Below are positions 42,051-55,640 of a stretch of 64,000 nt of DNA, piece by piece. How positions within the stretch are numbered: the first letter of the stretch is position 1; every line of letters starts with the position of its first letter. The DNA lies in contig NC_086108.1 in the NCBI RefSeq assembly GCF_963921235.1, forward strand, positions 70,930,001 through 70,994,000, written 5' to 3'. Under the pieces are notes generated by a model. The model had not been told where the DNA came from and ran no database searches. It saw only the letters and a list, made by a program, of their open reading frames with translations. Both the position numbers and the translations under genes were made by a program. Source of the DNA: Mobula hypostoma. Lineage: Eukaryota.

Positions 42051-43009
42051 ATTTAGTTGGACCCAGCAAGTAAGTGCCATTACAAAGAAAACAAGGTAGC
42101 ACTTCTACTTTCCTAGAAGTCTGCAAAGATTTGAAATGCCATCTAAAACTTTGTCAAATTTCTATAGATGTGCAGAGGAGAGTATATTGATTGGCTGCAT
42201 CACGACCTAGGGTGGAAACACCAATGCCCTTGAATAGAAAAGCTTAGAAAAAGTAGTTATCTATTTTGTCTTTATCTATTTGTTTTTACATTCTTTGAAT
42301 TTTGACATCAGAATTTTCTTAAATAATTTTTTATAGCTTGAAGTAAGGTACTTACTTCAGTTTTATTTGTAATTATATCCCCAAAGACTTCCACAGTAAT
42401 GTCAATTGGTTTATTTTTATAGCTTGTATCTAATTCACTTAAGTTATAAAAATAATCCAATTGACATTATCATTGAATTCCACCCTGTGCAGCCGTAATT
42501 CTTTTCCTTATTTCACAACTATGTCGTGTTTAATCTAAAGTTTAAGCTATAATACTGTCATGGTATTGTATGTAAATTTTCACATTCTCCTTGGTTATAC
42601 ATAACCATGGTTTTTAAAAATGTTAAGAATTAGTTACTGTAAAAAAAACTGTCCTTTTTTGTTATTTTGTCTCTTTGGTTCATTTTCAAAATCTAGTTAT
42701 TATCCTTTTCTCAATTCTGCATTTGTTGACTTTCTCTCTAGTAATGTCAGTTGGTATCTACATCGAGCATCACTAGTTTAGAAATTAAAGTTGGCTGGTT
42801 AGAATAAATTTTCTCTCCATTTTGGTACAGACAAAAATTCATTCTTTAAAGGCGCAATTGGTAAAGTAACTGCCCTGTAACTATAGAGATGGGCTCAGTT
42901 TCTCCTTATAAAATTATTTACAATATTTAAGCATTCACTGGCAGTAGTAGTCTTCTGACAATAGACTACTAAAATATAGATTTATTAATTTTCTTTGGAT
43001 TCAAGGGGA

Positions 43010-44365
43010 TATAGGCAGGCAAAGTGAATGGACAAGGAGTTTACAGATAAAATATAATGTGGAAAAATGCAAGTTCATCCACTTCAGCAGGAAAGTAGTT
43101 AGGCAGAATGGTTTTAAATGTTGAGAGACTGAAAAGTATTGGTGTTTAGAGGGATCTGGGTGTCATTATGCACAAATCACAGGTATGGCAAGCAATTTGG
43201 GGTTTTATTGCAAAAACAAAATCTGAATATTAAAGTAAATACATCCTACTGCAATTGCATAGTGCCCTGGTGAGACTGCATTTTAAATATTGTGTATTGA
43301 TTTAATGTCCACGTCTAGGAAACAATGTACTTATGACAGGAAAAGTGCAACAAAGGTTCACCAGCTTAATTCCTATGATGTGATGTTTGTTCTTTGAAAA
43401 GAGATTGATCAGACTCAGCCTTGTTCCCTGAATTTTGTACCAGTAAAAAAATGTTATCTTTGAGAAGTGAAACGTTTTTACAATGTTTGACAGGGTATAA
43501 GGACGGGTAAAGTTTACACTGGATGAGTTCTCTAAAATTAGTAACATAAATTATCCAAGTAAAGGTTTGGCTATTTAGGACAAAGGTGAGGAGAAATTTC
43601 TTTATTCAGACGATTGTGAATTTTCAGTATTCTTGACATGAGAGTGCCCAAGAGCTTGGTTGTTGAGTTTAGTTAATAGTGATTGATGGATGTTCAGATG
43701 TTTGGAGAATCAATGAATATAAGACCATAAAACCAGAAGAGATAGGAGCAGAATAAGGCCATTTGGCCCATCAAGTCTGCTCTGCCATTTCATCATAGCT
43801 GATCCACTTTTCCTCTCAGCCCCAAACTTCTGTCTCCTCCCTGTATACCTTCATGCCCTGACCAATCAAGAACCTATCAATCTCTTGCTTAAAGATTAGG
43901 CCTCTACAGCTGCCTGTGGCAAAGAATTCCACAGATTTACTATTCCTTGTTTTTTAAAAAAAATTATTTAAAGACGCATTTGGTAAAGTAACTGGCCTGT
44001 AACTATAGAGACCATTCTAAAAGGGTGCCCTCTTTTCTGAGGCTATGTCCTCTGGTCTTGGACTCTTCCACCATAGGAAACATCCTCTCCACATCTATTC
44101 TATCAAGGCCTTTTACCATTCGATAGGTTTCAATGAGACCCCACCCCTCATTCTTCCGAATTCAAGGCCTAGAGCCATCAAACGCTCTTCATATGACAAG
44201 CTATTCAATCCTAGAAACATTTTTGTGAACCTCCTTTGAACCCTCTCCAGTTTCAATATGTGGTTATACTTTAAAAAAAGTACTGAAGTAAAATATGAGC
44301 CACGATCTTATTGACTTTCAGAGCAAGTACAGGAGTCTGAATAGCCGACTGATATTTCTTATGTG
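43010..44365 (+). mobile_element. Old CR1 (+) with a younger CR1 3' end inserted in reverse (~43722-44250)
   Basis: CR1 RT C-terminal remnants in both orientations; the + tail resumes near 44300. Confidence 0.7.
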
Positions 44366-44647
44366 GTTTTGAATAAAGAGTAAGAAAAAGATAAATTGGA
44401 ATTCCAAATGGAAGATTAGTTGATTGAAGGATGTTCTGAAATTTTATCAATTTTATTCCTTGTCCCTCTCAGTTGCACAGTTCGTCCTAACTTTGAAATG
44501 CCTAAGGAATTTCTGGTGCAATTAATTTGTGAAGTCATAAAAAAAAAACCACAGGAAAAACAATTACAGCAAAGTGAATGCTCTTAAGAACACAGCAAAC
44601 TGAAATTCATTTCTATGACAAGTTTTATTTTGAAAAGAAGCATTTAC

Positions 44648-47451
44648 TCCAGTCTCTGATGGGTTTACCTCAAAGTGGTACAAATCACTGAGGTCACAGT
44701 TAGTTCCATTATTACTTAACACCTTTAATTGGATCTTACAGAGAGGAGAAATTCCACCTTCCTGGAGAGAGGCGATTATTTCAGGTATTCCTAAAGAGGG
44801 CAAAGATAAACTAGAATGCGGTAATTACCGGCCAGTCAGTGTCCTTAATTTGGACTACAAATTATTTACATCTATATTAGCTCATAGACTGGAAAAGCTT
44901 CTACCTGGCTCATCCACTTAGACCAGACTGGATTCATTCAGCAAAGATAAACTCAGGACAACATAAGGAGAACTTTACACATATTAGAACAGCTTATTAA
45001 GAATGGGATAGAGACAATGGTAGTGGGATTAGAGGCTGAGAAAGCTTTTGATTCAGTTAGTTGGGTATTCCTACACAGACTGTTAGGAAGATTTGGCTTT
45101 CAAGAAAAGTTTATTAAAGTAACCCAAATTTTATATGACAGCCCTACAACTGGAATTAAGATAAATGGGGACCTTTCTGACTCTTTTATTTTAGAGCGAG
45201 GAACGAGACAGGGATGCCCAATTTTTCCTCTCCTTTTTGCACTGTATATTGAACCTCTTGCCCAACTAATAAGAAAGCGAAATTGTAAAAGGTATCAAGG
45301 TGGCAGGGATTGAACAGAAGGTGGCGCTATTCACAGATGACGTTTTAGTCTATTTGAGTCAACCAGAAAAATCATTTATAGGGTTGTTTACACTATTGGA
45401 TGAGTTCGGGAAAATATCAGGCTATAAAATTAATGTAAAGAAAATGCAGGTTTTGTCCTTAAATTATACAGCATCCAAAAAACTGCAGGATACATATGAT
45501 CTTAAGTGGGAAGCTAAATCATTAAAATATTTAGGAATAACTCTGCCAAAAGATCTTTCAACATTGTCACAGGTAAATTATGGGCCATTAATTTCAGAGA
45601 TAAAAGCAGATATACATAAGTGGAATCTTATCCCTTTTTTAAGTTTAAATTCAAGGATAAATACCATAAAAATGAATATTCTCTCTCGGTTACTTTACCT
45701 TTTCTGGACTTTACCTGTGAAGGTAGATGATAATCAATTCAGGGAATGGGACAAATGGATTTCCCGCTTTATCTGGCAAGGAAAGAAACCTAGAATCCGA
45801 TTTAACACCTTACAGTTAGGAAAGGAAAGAGGAGGTATGGCACTTCCTTGTTTAAGAAATTATTTTTATGCTTCACAGATAACCCCTCTGTTATATTGAT
45901 GTAATAGGGAATATAAGGCTAGATGGAAGGAAATAGAATTTGGATTGGTTGACAGTTTTCCTCTACAGGCCTCAATAGCTGACAAAGGATTGATGGCCCA
46001 ATTGGAAAAGATTAAAAACAGCTGGATAAATCTCACATTAAAAGTATGGCAGAAGGTGGCTAAGTCATGTGGAATCAATAACATGTTAAAACTTTTCAGA
46101 TGGTGTGTTTATGATACTGAATTTCTTCCCAGCAGAGGAGATAAAAGATTTGAACTGTGGATAAAGAAAGGTCTTACAACCTACCTCTCATTCACACATA
46201 AAAGTGTATTTCAAAGTTTTCAATCCCTGCAGGACAAACATGGCCTAGAATACAATGACTTTTTTAGGTACCTTCAAGTACGACAGCATGTTTACCGGAG
46301 TTGTAGATATACAGACTTATCAACAGTAGAATGAGAATTTTCCAACATTCTGAATTCGGCTTACAGTTCAATACCAAGTAAATCAATTTCTTGATTATAT
46401 AATGCTCTCTCTCATGCCAAAAGTGAAAACACATTGTATATTAAAGAGAAATGGGAGAAAGAAGCAGGGTTGGTACTTTCAGAGGAGGCTTGGGGGAAAA
46501 TATGCAGCTTTCAGTGGTCTGCAACTAACTCTTTGATTTGGAGAGAACATTATTGGAAAAATATTATAAGTTACTTCAAGACCCCATACCAGGAAAAATA
46601 TAAAGACACAAACGTAGCATGTTGGAGAAGATGTGGCTCTAAGGAGACAAATCATTTCCATATTTTTTGGGATTGCCCTAAATTAAGTTTATATTGGGAA
46701 GGTATTCACAGAACATTAGTTAAGGTATTTAAGACTCAGATACCTCTGAACTTGGAGACTCTCTACTTGGGGCCTGTATTGTTTTTGGAACAGAAGAAAG
46801 ATATAAAGCTGCTGCAGGCCCTTTTAGCAGCAAGTAAGAAATCAATCACCAGAAAGTGGTTAAATCCAATATCACCTACATTAGCAGATTGGCATGAAAT
46901 CATTTTGGATATATTTAAAATGGAAAAGATGACCTACTCTCTGAGAACTCAAAAGGAAAAATTTTTATCAAATTTGGAATAAATAGATTGAATTTATAAC
47001 CCCAGAGCGAGCAGACTATAGATGACTCTCCTAATGGTTTATACTGTTTGTCTCACCAACATAGTAATATTGTTAACGTAAGTACCCTTGGCTCGAATGT
47101 TTACTGTCCTTTTTTTTTGGAAAATGTGGAATTAACACAAGTAAAGAAAAGATCTGGGGAAATTTTGGACCCGAAAGAAATGGACCAGAAGAGATACAGT
47201 ACATGGAAATCAGTATTCAACCACTATTATTAATATTTTTATAACAACTATTATCATTATTTAGTTTAACAGAGTGGAATTACAATTGCATGTAAACATC
47301 TATTTCAGTGCCTAATTATTTTTTATATTATCTCAATGTGCACTTGTGAATGTACAAATTAATAAAGATTTACTCACATAAAAAATGGAAAAGGTTATAT
47401 ATGTAAAAATTTTGTTGTGAAGTTACTTGTGAATAAAAATAAATTTTAAAA
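44648..47451 (+). mobile_element. 5'-truncated L1/Tx1-clade LINE, a different family from 677-6524
   Basis: 15-bp TSD AAAAGAAGCATTTAC at 44633-44647 and 47452-47466; AEKAFDSVSW, GTRQGCP, LFTDD, CWRRCG..HIFWDCP; AATAAA plus poly(A). Confidence 0.93.
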
Positions 47452-47578
47452 AAAAGAAGCATTTACAAATGTGCAATCCTCCAATGATGCATGATAGAGG
47501 GAGTTTCCATGACATGGTTTTAAAAATAATTTCACTGTGTTTGCAAAATAATGAAAAACTGTTGCATTTCATTTTCAG

Positions 47579-47656
47579 TACCTGATTCATACATTTCCAG
47601 TCGTGGAAGAACATGTACGAAAAGCCATGGGAGAGTCACTGTATGAATTATATATG
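47579..47656 (+). CDS. ARMH1: ARMH1 coding exon 9 (78 nt): YLIHTFPVVEEHVRKAMGESLYELYM
   Basis: attttcag / gtaatt; phases 0/0; human [20 protein letters not shown]. Confidence 0.9.
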
Positions 47657-48369
47657 GTAATTCTTTAATCAACTTTATTACATTAACATGACAATAATAG
47701 ATGATTTTTGCCATCTATAGTTATACTTTTTAAAATGTATAAAAAATTTACTACCGTCCAGTGAACAAGCTGTTTTATAAATAGCAACTGTTTTCAAGAT
47801 TTCATTTGTAATGTGTATCTTGTTGACTCCCCCTTGGCTTAACTATCTCTAAATTGGTGAATGATCAGGGACACGATGGCATGACCGCAGAAGAAACAAG
47901 TAGAGAGATCCAGAGGATAGTTCCAATGGAACCTCAATCCTTAAACTTGTCAATAGATATGAGGTTCTTGCAGTGGAAATACTATTAAATAGCTGTGAGA
48001 TGATATTTGATGAGGAGAAGATATATATCAGTTTTACTCAGTTCTATGAGGGACAATACGATAAAGGATCTTTAATCATTTTGTCATACGTTTTGCTCCA
48101 GATCAAGTATCTTTGTCTCTCCTTCCTCAAGGTTTCCCCAAAAGCCCCTACTGTTGACCTTTAATCTTCCTAATTACCTGAGATCTTCCACAAGAGTCCC
48201 TAGTTTTAGCCTGTGACCACCATCAACCACATTCCTTCCATACTGGGCTGTTAATTTGAGCAGTGGAAATGGAACAAAAAGAGGTCAAGGACTTACTAGG
48301 ACCTGCACATCCCTTATCATTGTTTCCCCCGCGCCCCGAGTCTTAACCTTAAAAAAATACTACAATGTT

Positions 48370-49030
48370 GACACACAAAATGATAGAGGAACTCAGCAGG
48401 TCAGGCAGCATCTATGGAAAAGAGAAAACAGTCAATGTTTTCTGCCCATATATTTAAGGAAAGGGAGAAGTCAGTGTAAGGTTGGGGGAGGGGAGGAAAA
48501 GTACAAGCTGGTGGGTGACAGGTGAAACTGGGTGATGGGAAGGGGGTCAAATAAAGAGCTGGGAAGGTGATTGGTGAAACTATTGCTGAGCCGTCAGAGA
48601 ATTTCTGCAGATGACATGACTCAGTGTTGTATCTAAAGAACAAGATATACAGGAAGGGAGCCATTACTGTTCCCTGTGCGGCCCCAGTGCTGCTTATAGC
48701 CATATCTGACACACAGCTCTGAAGCAGCACATACTGTGGTCTGCCACTCAGGTAGTCCGTTATCCTGGATGCAATGGAAGTGCCAACCTGTGCTGAACAG
48801 AGCTTCTCTCCCAGCGCTGAGAGCAGAATGATATTGAAGGCACTTGAGAAATCAGAAAACATGATCCTCACAGTGCTGCCCTGCTTATCCAGCTCTGTTC
48901 AGCACGTAGATGACAGCATCAGCCACTCCAATGTGCTCCTGGTAGGCAAGCTGCAGAGGATTGAGAGCTGATCTGACCTCGAAGGAGAGCCAGGACCAGC
49001 CTCTCTAGAGTCTTCAGGCAGATGTCAGTG
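48370..49030 (-). mobile_element. Penelope tail (48370-48578) fused to a Rex1-like RT fragment (48578-49030)
   Basis: RIMFSDFSSAFN, TGAAQGTV, LQKFSD motifs; Penelope end motif. Confidence 0.75.
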
Positions 49031-51508
49031 AAAGGAAGAGATGCAGGTGAAGGCAGCGTTGATGGTGGAGGACATCCCAGTAGTTCTGGAATGAAAAGCC
49101 TCACCCTGAGAGCAGATGTGGTGGAGGTGGAGGAACTCAGAGAAGGGGGGTGACATTTTTACAAGTAACATGGTAGGAAGAGGTATAGTCCAGAATGTTG
49201 AGATTGTTCTGTTTTGTGGAGAAACAGTTTTAAGCTTGCCTCCCCATAAATATCAGGAATCAGGCCATGGAAAGAAAACCCAACCAAACTATGTATATAA
49301 TCCAAAATTACTCAGTGAAGAATGGATTAGATAATGAAGCCATATTGAAAAGAAAGAGGGAGATCAATTTCAGTAAATTGAACTCTAGCTGATAAATTGC
49401 GGAAACCTCATAAATATAATTTTTTACTACGCCTAATGCAATACTATGTCTGGGGAACACTGGGACTGGAACAAACTAGTGAGTGAAGAGGCCAAATTAT
49501 GAAAACATGCAACCTGCAGACACTATATTTTAGTATTGGCAATAGAAATCTAGTGGAAATTTTATTTTCATTTAACCTATTTTCACTGTATAAAATAAAG
49601 CATTTATTCCATCTACTAAAGTTACTGTACATACTTTTCTGACAATACAAATTTCATACTTGATTGGGTTTGTGATTATAATCCCAAAATTCCAGGAACC
49701 AGTGAAATATTTGGCCTCTTCACACGTTATCCTGTGAAACTCAACACCAAATGTAGCTATAGATCCCTGGCATTTGGTGTTGGTGAGGACCAACATTTAA
49801 AAATCAGTTTCTTGAATAAAATTGATTGCGGTACAGTTTAATGTGTTTTACGCCTATTGTAAAGACTCTGAAGACAATGCATGGCCATGAAGTACTTCTA
49901 GCTGGTACAGTGTCTAGAGACGATGTTTCTTTAACTGAGACTGCCTTGGATATCAGGAATAACAACAGATAACAAAATAACTTGTAATATGTAACAGTCA
50001 CTGCTCAATCAGTGGGCAAACTCATTAACTTAATGATGAAATCATAGTAAGAAACTCATTGTTTTGTGGAGAATAATGAGTTTAAAAATAGGGCACAGGA
50101 TAGCGTATAGGCCTGCTTGTGTACAAAATTAATTCTGAACTTGACCTGAGAATTCAGTATTTTGTCTGTACCCAACTATCACCAAAAACAGAACAATTTC
50201 AACATCTTGGTCTCTTTTTTCATATTCATTCACGAGATGTGACCGTCATGAGCTGAGCCAGCAATTAAAGCCCTGTCCCTAGCTTCTCTTGAGAAGGTGG
50301 TGACCAGCTGCCACCTTGAGGAGTGGGAATACCCCAGAGGCTGTTAGAGAGCTCCAGGGTTTTAACCCAGGTGTGTAACTTGGATGGCAAATTTCAGGTG
50401 TGGTGCTCTGCTTTTGATGCCCTTGTGGTCTGGCAGGTGCTGTCTAATGAATCTTGGTGGGTTGCTGCAGTGCATGCTTTAGGTGGTACAAATTGCTGCC
50501 ATTGTGCGTCAGTGGTGGAGTGAGTGAATGATTGTGGATATGGTGCTTATCAAGCTGGGTGTTGTATCCTATGTGGTGAAGAAGCTGCTTCAGAGTTATT
50601 GAAACAGAACTCATCAGGCAAGTGAAGAGCACTCCATCACATTGCTGATTTGAGTACTTTAGATGCTGAACAGGCTCCAAGGCATTAGGAAATAAGATCA
50701 CTTGTGTTTCTAGCCTCTAACCTACTCCAGTTCTGTTTCTGGTCAGTAGTAACCCATGATATTGATGGTCATGAGTTCAGTAATAGTAATGCCATTAAAT
50801 GTGAGGAATTCAATTCAATGGCATTATTGAATTGATGTGATTGATTTTATGCTGCTTCCCCCCTGCTATCAGATTTCTGAATGGACAATGAACCTATGAA
50901 TTCTGCATCACTTTCCCCCTCTTTTGTGCATTACTTATTTAATTTACAGTATTTTTAGTTTTTATTATTGGGTATTGTAATGTGCTGCTGTTGCAAAACA
51001 AGAGATTTCACAACATATACCAGTGATATTAAACCTGATTCTGATTCTGAATCATATCATTCTGGCAACATCAAGTATATTAATACAATTTTTTTTAAAT
51101 TGAATAGACCTGAACCTAACCTTATGACTTGTATGTTTGGGTCCAGATGGAACCAATTCAAAAGCCAGACATTCAGCAGTGTGGTGCTGATGATAGTACA
51201 CAAGTCAATCTGAGGTCAGAAACTTGGACAGATTAGCATATTCTTAACTATTTGCAGTGCATGAAAACCTAGTAAAACAAAATGGTCAGTTTGAGTTGGG
51301 TTTCAAATATGATATCATATTTTAGATCTGACAGAACTATATACCACTCAAACTGTCCAAGGAACAATTCTAATCTAAAAATTCAGTCTAGATGTTCATA
51401 TATTTTTTAAAAATACAAATTCATCTTTATAAAACTGTTGAGTTATGTAACCATAAGCAAGATCTAATTTTTTGTATTTTATAATTTGTACTTTTCAAAC
51501 TAATACAG

Positions 51509-51590
51509 AAAAATCCAGAGAATTTGTACTTGAAAATGGACTCCATCCAAGCTGTTGTTTTGGTTGACAACAAAGTCAATATTCCAGGAT
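51509..51590 (+). CDS. ARMH1: ARMH1 coding exon 10 (82 nt): KNPENLYLKMDSIQAVVLVDNKVNIPG
   Basis: taatacag / gtaaga; phases 0/1; human SNAEDLYMKIDSIQADIL. Confidence 0.88.
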
Positions 51591-51695
51591 GTAAGACAGT
51601 GCTAATTTTACACTTTAGAAATACTGAAAATTGAATTTACATTTTTTATCATTTAAATGATTGCTTTAGCACAATGTAATGTTTTACCTCTGCAG

Positions 51696-51715
51696 TTGAA
51701 GGAGAACCAGAATAA
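51696..51715 (+). CDS. ARMH1: ARMH1 probable last coding exon: FEGEPE*
   Basis: Acceptor ttttacctctgcag after a 105-nt intron; in-frame TAA at 51713-51715; summed CDS 1227 nt = 408 aa; AATAAA follows. Confidence 0.65.
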
Positions 51716-51794
51716 CCAAGCTGTCTGCAGCAACACAATAAGATGAAGCTATTTTTATGCAAAGTAAAAATTTTCTGAATTAATTACATTTTCA

Positions 51795-51800
51795 AATAAA
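51795..51800 (+). terminator. Candidate ARMH1 polyadenylation signal (further AATAAA near 51989 and 52074)
   Basis: AATAAA ~80 nt after the stop codon in AT-rich unique sequence. Confidence 0.5.
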
Positions 51801-52492
51801 TGTTAGAGACAAAGAATTGTAGTGCTTGGACTATTTCAAGATATTTTCTGTTCCATTGAAAAACTCCATTTTATTGACAAGACAATGCACGATCAACTAT
51901 CAAGCTACGGCTGTTGAACTGTTTTTAACAATGTGAAACTTCATCAATGATGTAAATTCACATCTCTTCACAAACAGATTTGTCTATTAATAAAAAACAC
52001 TACTTTTGCAAAATGTATAAGTACATTGTCTGGCTTCTCTAAACATCACATGATTCCTGTATTTCAACTTGCTAATAAAATTGAGCAATCTTCCGTGAAT
52101 CTTGACTATCAATCCTGCCTTCTGAATTGCATATAACCTTTAGAAAAACAAATAATGTATTCATGGCTTCTAATTTTTCAAATCATTTCTAGCTGAGGAA
52201 GTAGCTGTGCCCTGTGAAATGCCCAGTTGCTGAAATCAGGGTTGTACTGCATAAGGAGAAAGGCAGGCTCGATGAGGAAATTGCACAGTTAATGTACATT
52301 TTGGAGTTGAAAGTACTCCTGTTCCTTGCAGCTTTCAATTAACAAAAAAAATTGCATTAATGTTACTATCCACAGTTCTACTCAGAAAGGTTATTTCAAG
52401 TTCAGTTGCCATTCCTGAAAACTGAGTACGGATTTTGAAAATCCATGTGCCTGGCAATCAGTATTATTGAATGCAGTTGTAGTATATAGTGT

Positions 52493-52780
52493 TGATGCGT
52501 GGCCAAGTAGTTAAGGAATTGGTCTAGTGATCTGAAGGTCGCTAGTTTGAGCCTCAGCTGAGGCAGCGTGTTGTGTCCTTGAGCAAGGCACTTAACCACA
52601 CATTGCTCTGCGACGACACTGGTGCCAAGCTGTATCAGCCCTAGTGCCCTTCCCTTGGACAACATCGGTGGCATGGAAAGGGGAGACTTGCAGCATGGGC
52701 AACATACAACCTTGCCCAGGCCTGCCCCCTGGAAACCTTCCGAGGCGCGAATCCATGGTCTCACGAGACTAACGGGTGCC
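52493..52780 (+). mobile_element. tRNA-derived SINE, complete, 288 bp
   Basis: A box TGGCCAAGTAG, B-box-like GTTTGAGCC, central GTTGTGTCCTTGAGCAAGGCACTTAAC; 8-bp TSD TATAGTGT at 52485-52492 and 52781-52788. Confidence 0.85.
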
Positions 52781-53476
52781 TATAGTGTACTTTGTATCAT
52801 CTGAGTATAACAGGTTTAACCTGTTAGCCAGTGGTGCCGACAAATCTAGTTCAAATGAATTCCTGTGACATGAACTCCAAGATGCTCACGTCAAGCATAG
52901 AGCTGCAGTTAAAAACATCCTCGAAGTTCTTCCAGCAAATGTTGACTACTTCGCTATCCTTGATGCGTATATTCAAGTGTTAGTCCTCAGTGGAGTGAGG
53001 CATTGATATCTGGACCATCACTGTTAGCAAGTTGCTGAGGCTTCTATGCTCTCTATTCACAATCTGCTTTTTTTTCTGTTTTGCTGGACGACTGTTCACC
53101 ACTACTGCTTCACTCTGGAACAATGCTAGAGTTTCCAAACCAGAAATGCCTCACATTTGCAGTTGATTAGCTCCCACAATATTTACATAATTTTCATTAA
53201 ACTAGTCCAGATTCTTCTTTGCTGAGAAGCCAAGTGTTTCTTACCCAGTGTCAATTATGGGGTAGTTTAAGGCAGCCTACAAATAGTTCTATACTCAGAT
53301 GCCATTTATTAGGTATGCATGCACACCTGCTCGTTAATGCAAATATCTAATCATCCAATCACATGGCAGCAACTCAAAGTATAAAAGCATGCAGACACGG
53401 TCAAGAGGATCAGTTGTTGTTCAGAGCAAACATTAGAATGGGCAAGAAATGTGATCTGAGTGACTTTGACTGTGAG

Positions 53477-54330
53477 AGTTCAAAGTTCAAGATAAATTTA
53501 TTATCTAAGTACATAAATGTCATCATCTGTCATTTTCTTATGGGCATATTTAATAAATCTATAAAATAATAACCAAGACATAATCCGTGAAAGATTGCCC
53601 AACTTGGGTGTTAAACCAGAGTGCAGAAGACAACAAACTGCAAATACAAAAGGAAATAAATAATAATAATAAATAAATAAGCAATAAATATTGAGAACAT
53701 GAGATGAAGAGTCCATGAAAGTGACAAACACGAGAAAACGATGATAACTCCGTGAAAGTGATTCCATAGGTTGTGGAAACATTCAAATTATGGGGCAAGT
53801 GAAGTTACCCCCTTTGGTTCAAGAGCATGATAGTTGAGGTTTTGTAACTGCTTCCAGAATCTGATAGTGTGAGTCTTGAGGCTCCTGTACCATCTTCCTG
53901 ATGGCAGCAGCAAGAAGAGAGCATGACCTGGGCTGTGGAAGTCCCTGATGTTGGACACTGCTTTCCTGCAACAGTACTTCATGTAGATGCACTCAGTGGT
54001 GGGGAGGGCTTTACCTACCTGTGACGGGCTGTGCTGTATCCACTGCCTTTTGTAGGATTTTCCATTCAAGGGCATTGGTGTTTCCATATCAGGCTGTATG
54101 AAGCCAGTCAATATATTCTCTACTACACAGGTTTAGGTTCATCAAAGTTTTAGATGTCATGCCAAGCTCTGCAAACCCCTAAGAAAGTAGAGGTGCTGTC
54201 GTGCTTTATTTGTAATTGCAGTTATGTGCTGGGCCCAGGACATATCCTGCGAAATAATAATACTGAGGAATTTAAAGTTGTTGACCCTCTCCAACTTGAT
54301 CTTCTGATGAGGATTAGCTCATGGACTTCA
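53477..54330 (-). mobile_element. Rex1/Babar-like LINE 3' fragment
   Basis: CCRKAVSNIRDFHSPGHALFLLLPSGRWYRSL; TGAACTT tail. Confidence 0.8.
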
Positions 54331-54874
54331 GCCTTGAAGTGGATGGGCTACGGCAGCGGAAGATCTCACCAGGTTCCACTCCTGTATATGATTCCTGTTG
54401 TCTTGGTATTGTCTGGGAAAGGCTGTCTGTTTGTTTGTTGGGAGCTTGATCTTCTTCTGGTAATGTGTTTGTCGATTTGCATGTTTTGGAGCCAGATTTA
54501 TAGAGATAATAGATTTGCATAGGCAGTGGCCAATCCATTAGTCAGTAGTGCCTGTTGTGGTGTGAGTGATGTGAAGATACTTGTAGCTCCTTTCTAGAAT
54601 ATAAATCATCCCAGGTTACAGCAGCGTTTCATTCCTGCGAACTATTTGTAACCTGGATGGTTTGCAAGTCAGAAGCTCAGCCATAAATTGAGTTTTCAGA
54701 TGGTGGAGATCTGCGGCACCCAAACTGCTGGCAAATAATCCCATCAGGAAAGGATCTTCAGAGGAAACATGGGTAGTGGGACTAGCTGGATTGTTCCTAA
54801 ATGGAACAAGAATGCACTCAACAGGTTGAATGGTCACCTTCCATGCTGTAACCATTCTACCATTCTGCAAACAC

Positions 54875-55640
54875 TTAGGTGTTATGGTCGAGGATGTCTC
54901 AGAGCTGCAGAACATTCTCAAGGGAGAGGGTGAGCAACCAAGTGTTGTGGTGCACATTGGCACCAATGATATAGGGAGAAAGGGGGAAGAAGTGTTGGGC
55001 AATGAGTATAGGGAGTTCGGACCTTGAAGGTAGTATTCTCTGGATTACTCCCAGTGCCATAAACCAGTCAGGGCTGGAATGGAAAGATAGAACAGATGAA
55101 TGAGTGGCTGAGGAGCTCTTGCAGGGGGCAGGGTTTCATGTCCTTGGATAATTGGAATCTTTTCTGGGGGAGGGTGTTCTGTACAAGATGGCTTGCACCT
55201 TAACTAGAGGGGAGTCAATATCCTGGTCAGATGGCTACTCGGGAGGGTTTAAACCTTTGGCAGGGGAATGGGAAGCAGAACACTAGATCAGAAAGTGGTG
55301 GGTTTGAGAGGGTAAGGAGATATCATAACCAGTAAGATCAAGAAGGAACAAGGTGTGTTTGTATGAAGTGTGTGTATTTTAATGCTTGGAATATTATGCA
55401 CAAGGGTGATGAACCTGGAGCGTGGATCAGTACGTGGAACTATGCTATTGCGGCCATAACAGAGACTTGATTGAAAGAGGAATAGGATTGGATGCTCAGT
55501 GTTCCAGGGCTTTGATGTTTCAGAAAAGATAGATAGGGAGATAAAGTGGAGGTGAGGTTGGTAGGTACACTATTAATCAGAGATAATATCACGGCTGGAC
55601 TCAGAGGGGATTGTGTTTATATGGGTAGAACTCAAAAATA
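54875..55640 (+). mobile_element. CR1 5' fragment: ORF1 SGNH-esterase region and the start of the endonuclease
   Basis: GEGEQPSVVVHIGTNDIG motif; downstream CVYFNA..AITET remnant. Confidence 0.75.

Noticed and set aside
50784..50828. Short inverted repeat TAATGCCATT/AATGGCATTA
   Set aside because: Lies at a junction between two decayed repeats; probably a fold-back junction scar and too short to support a functional claim.
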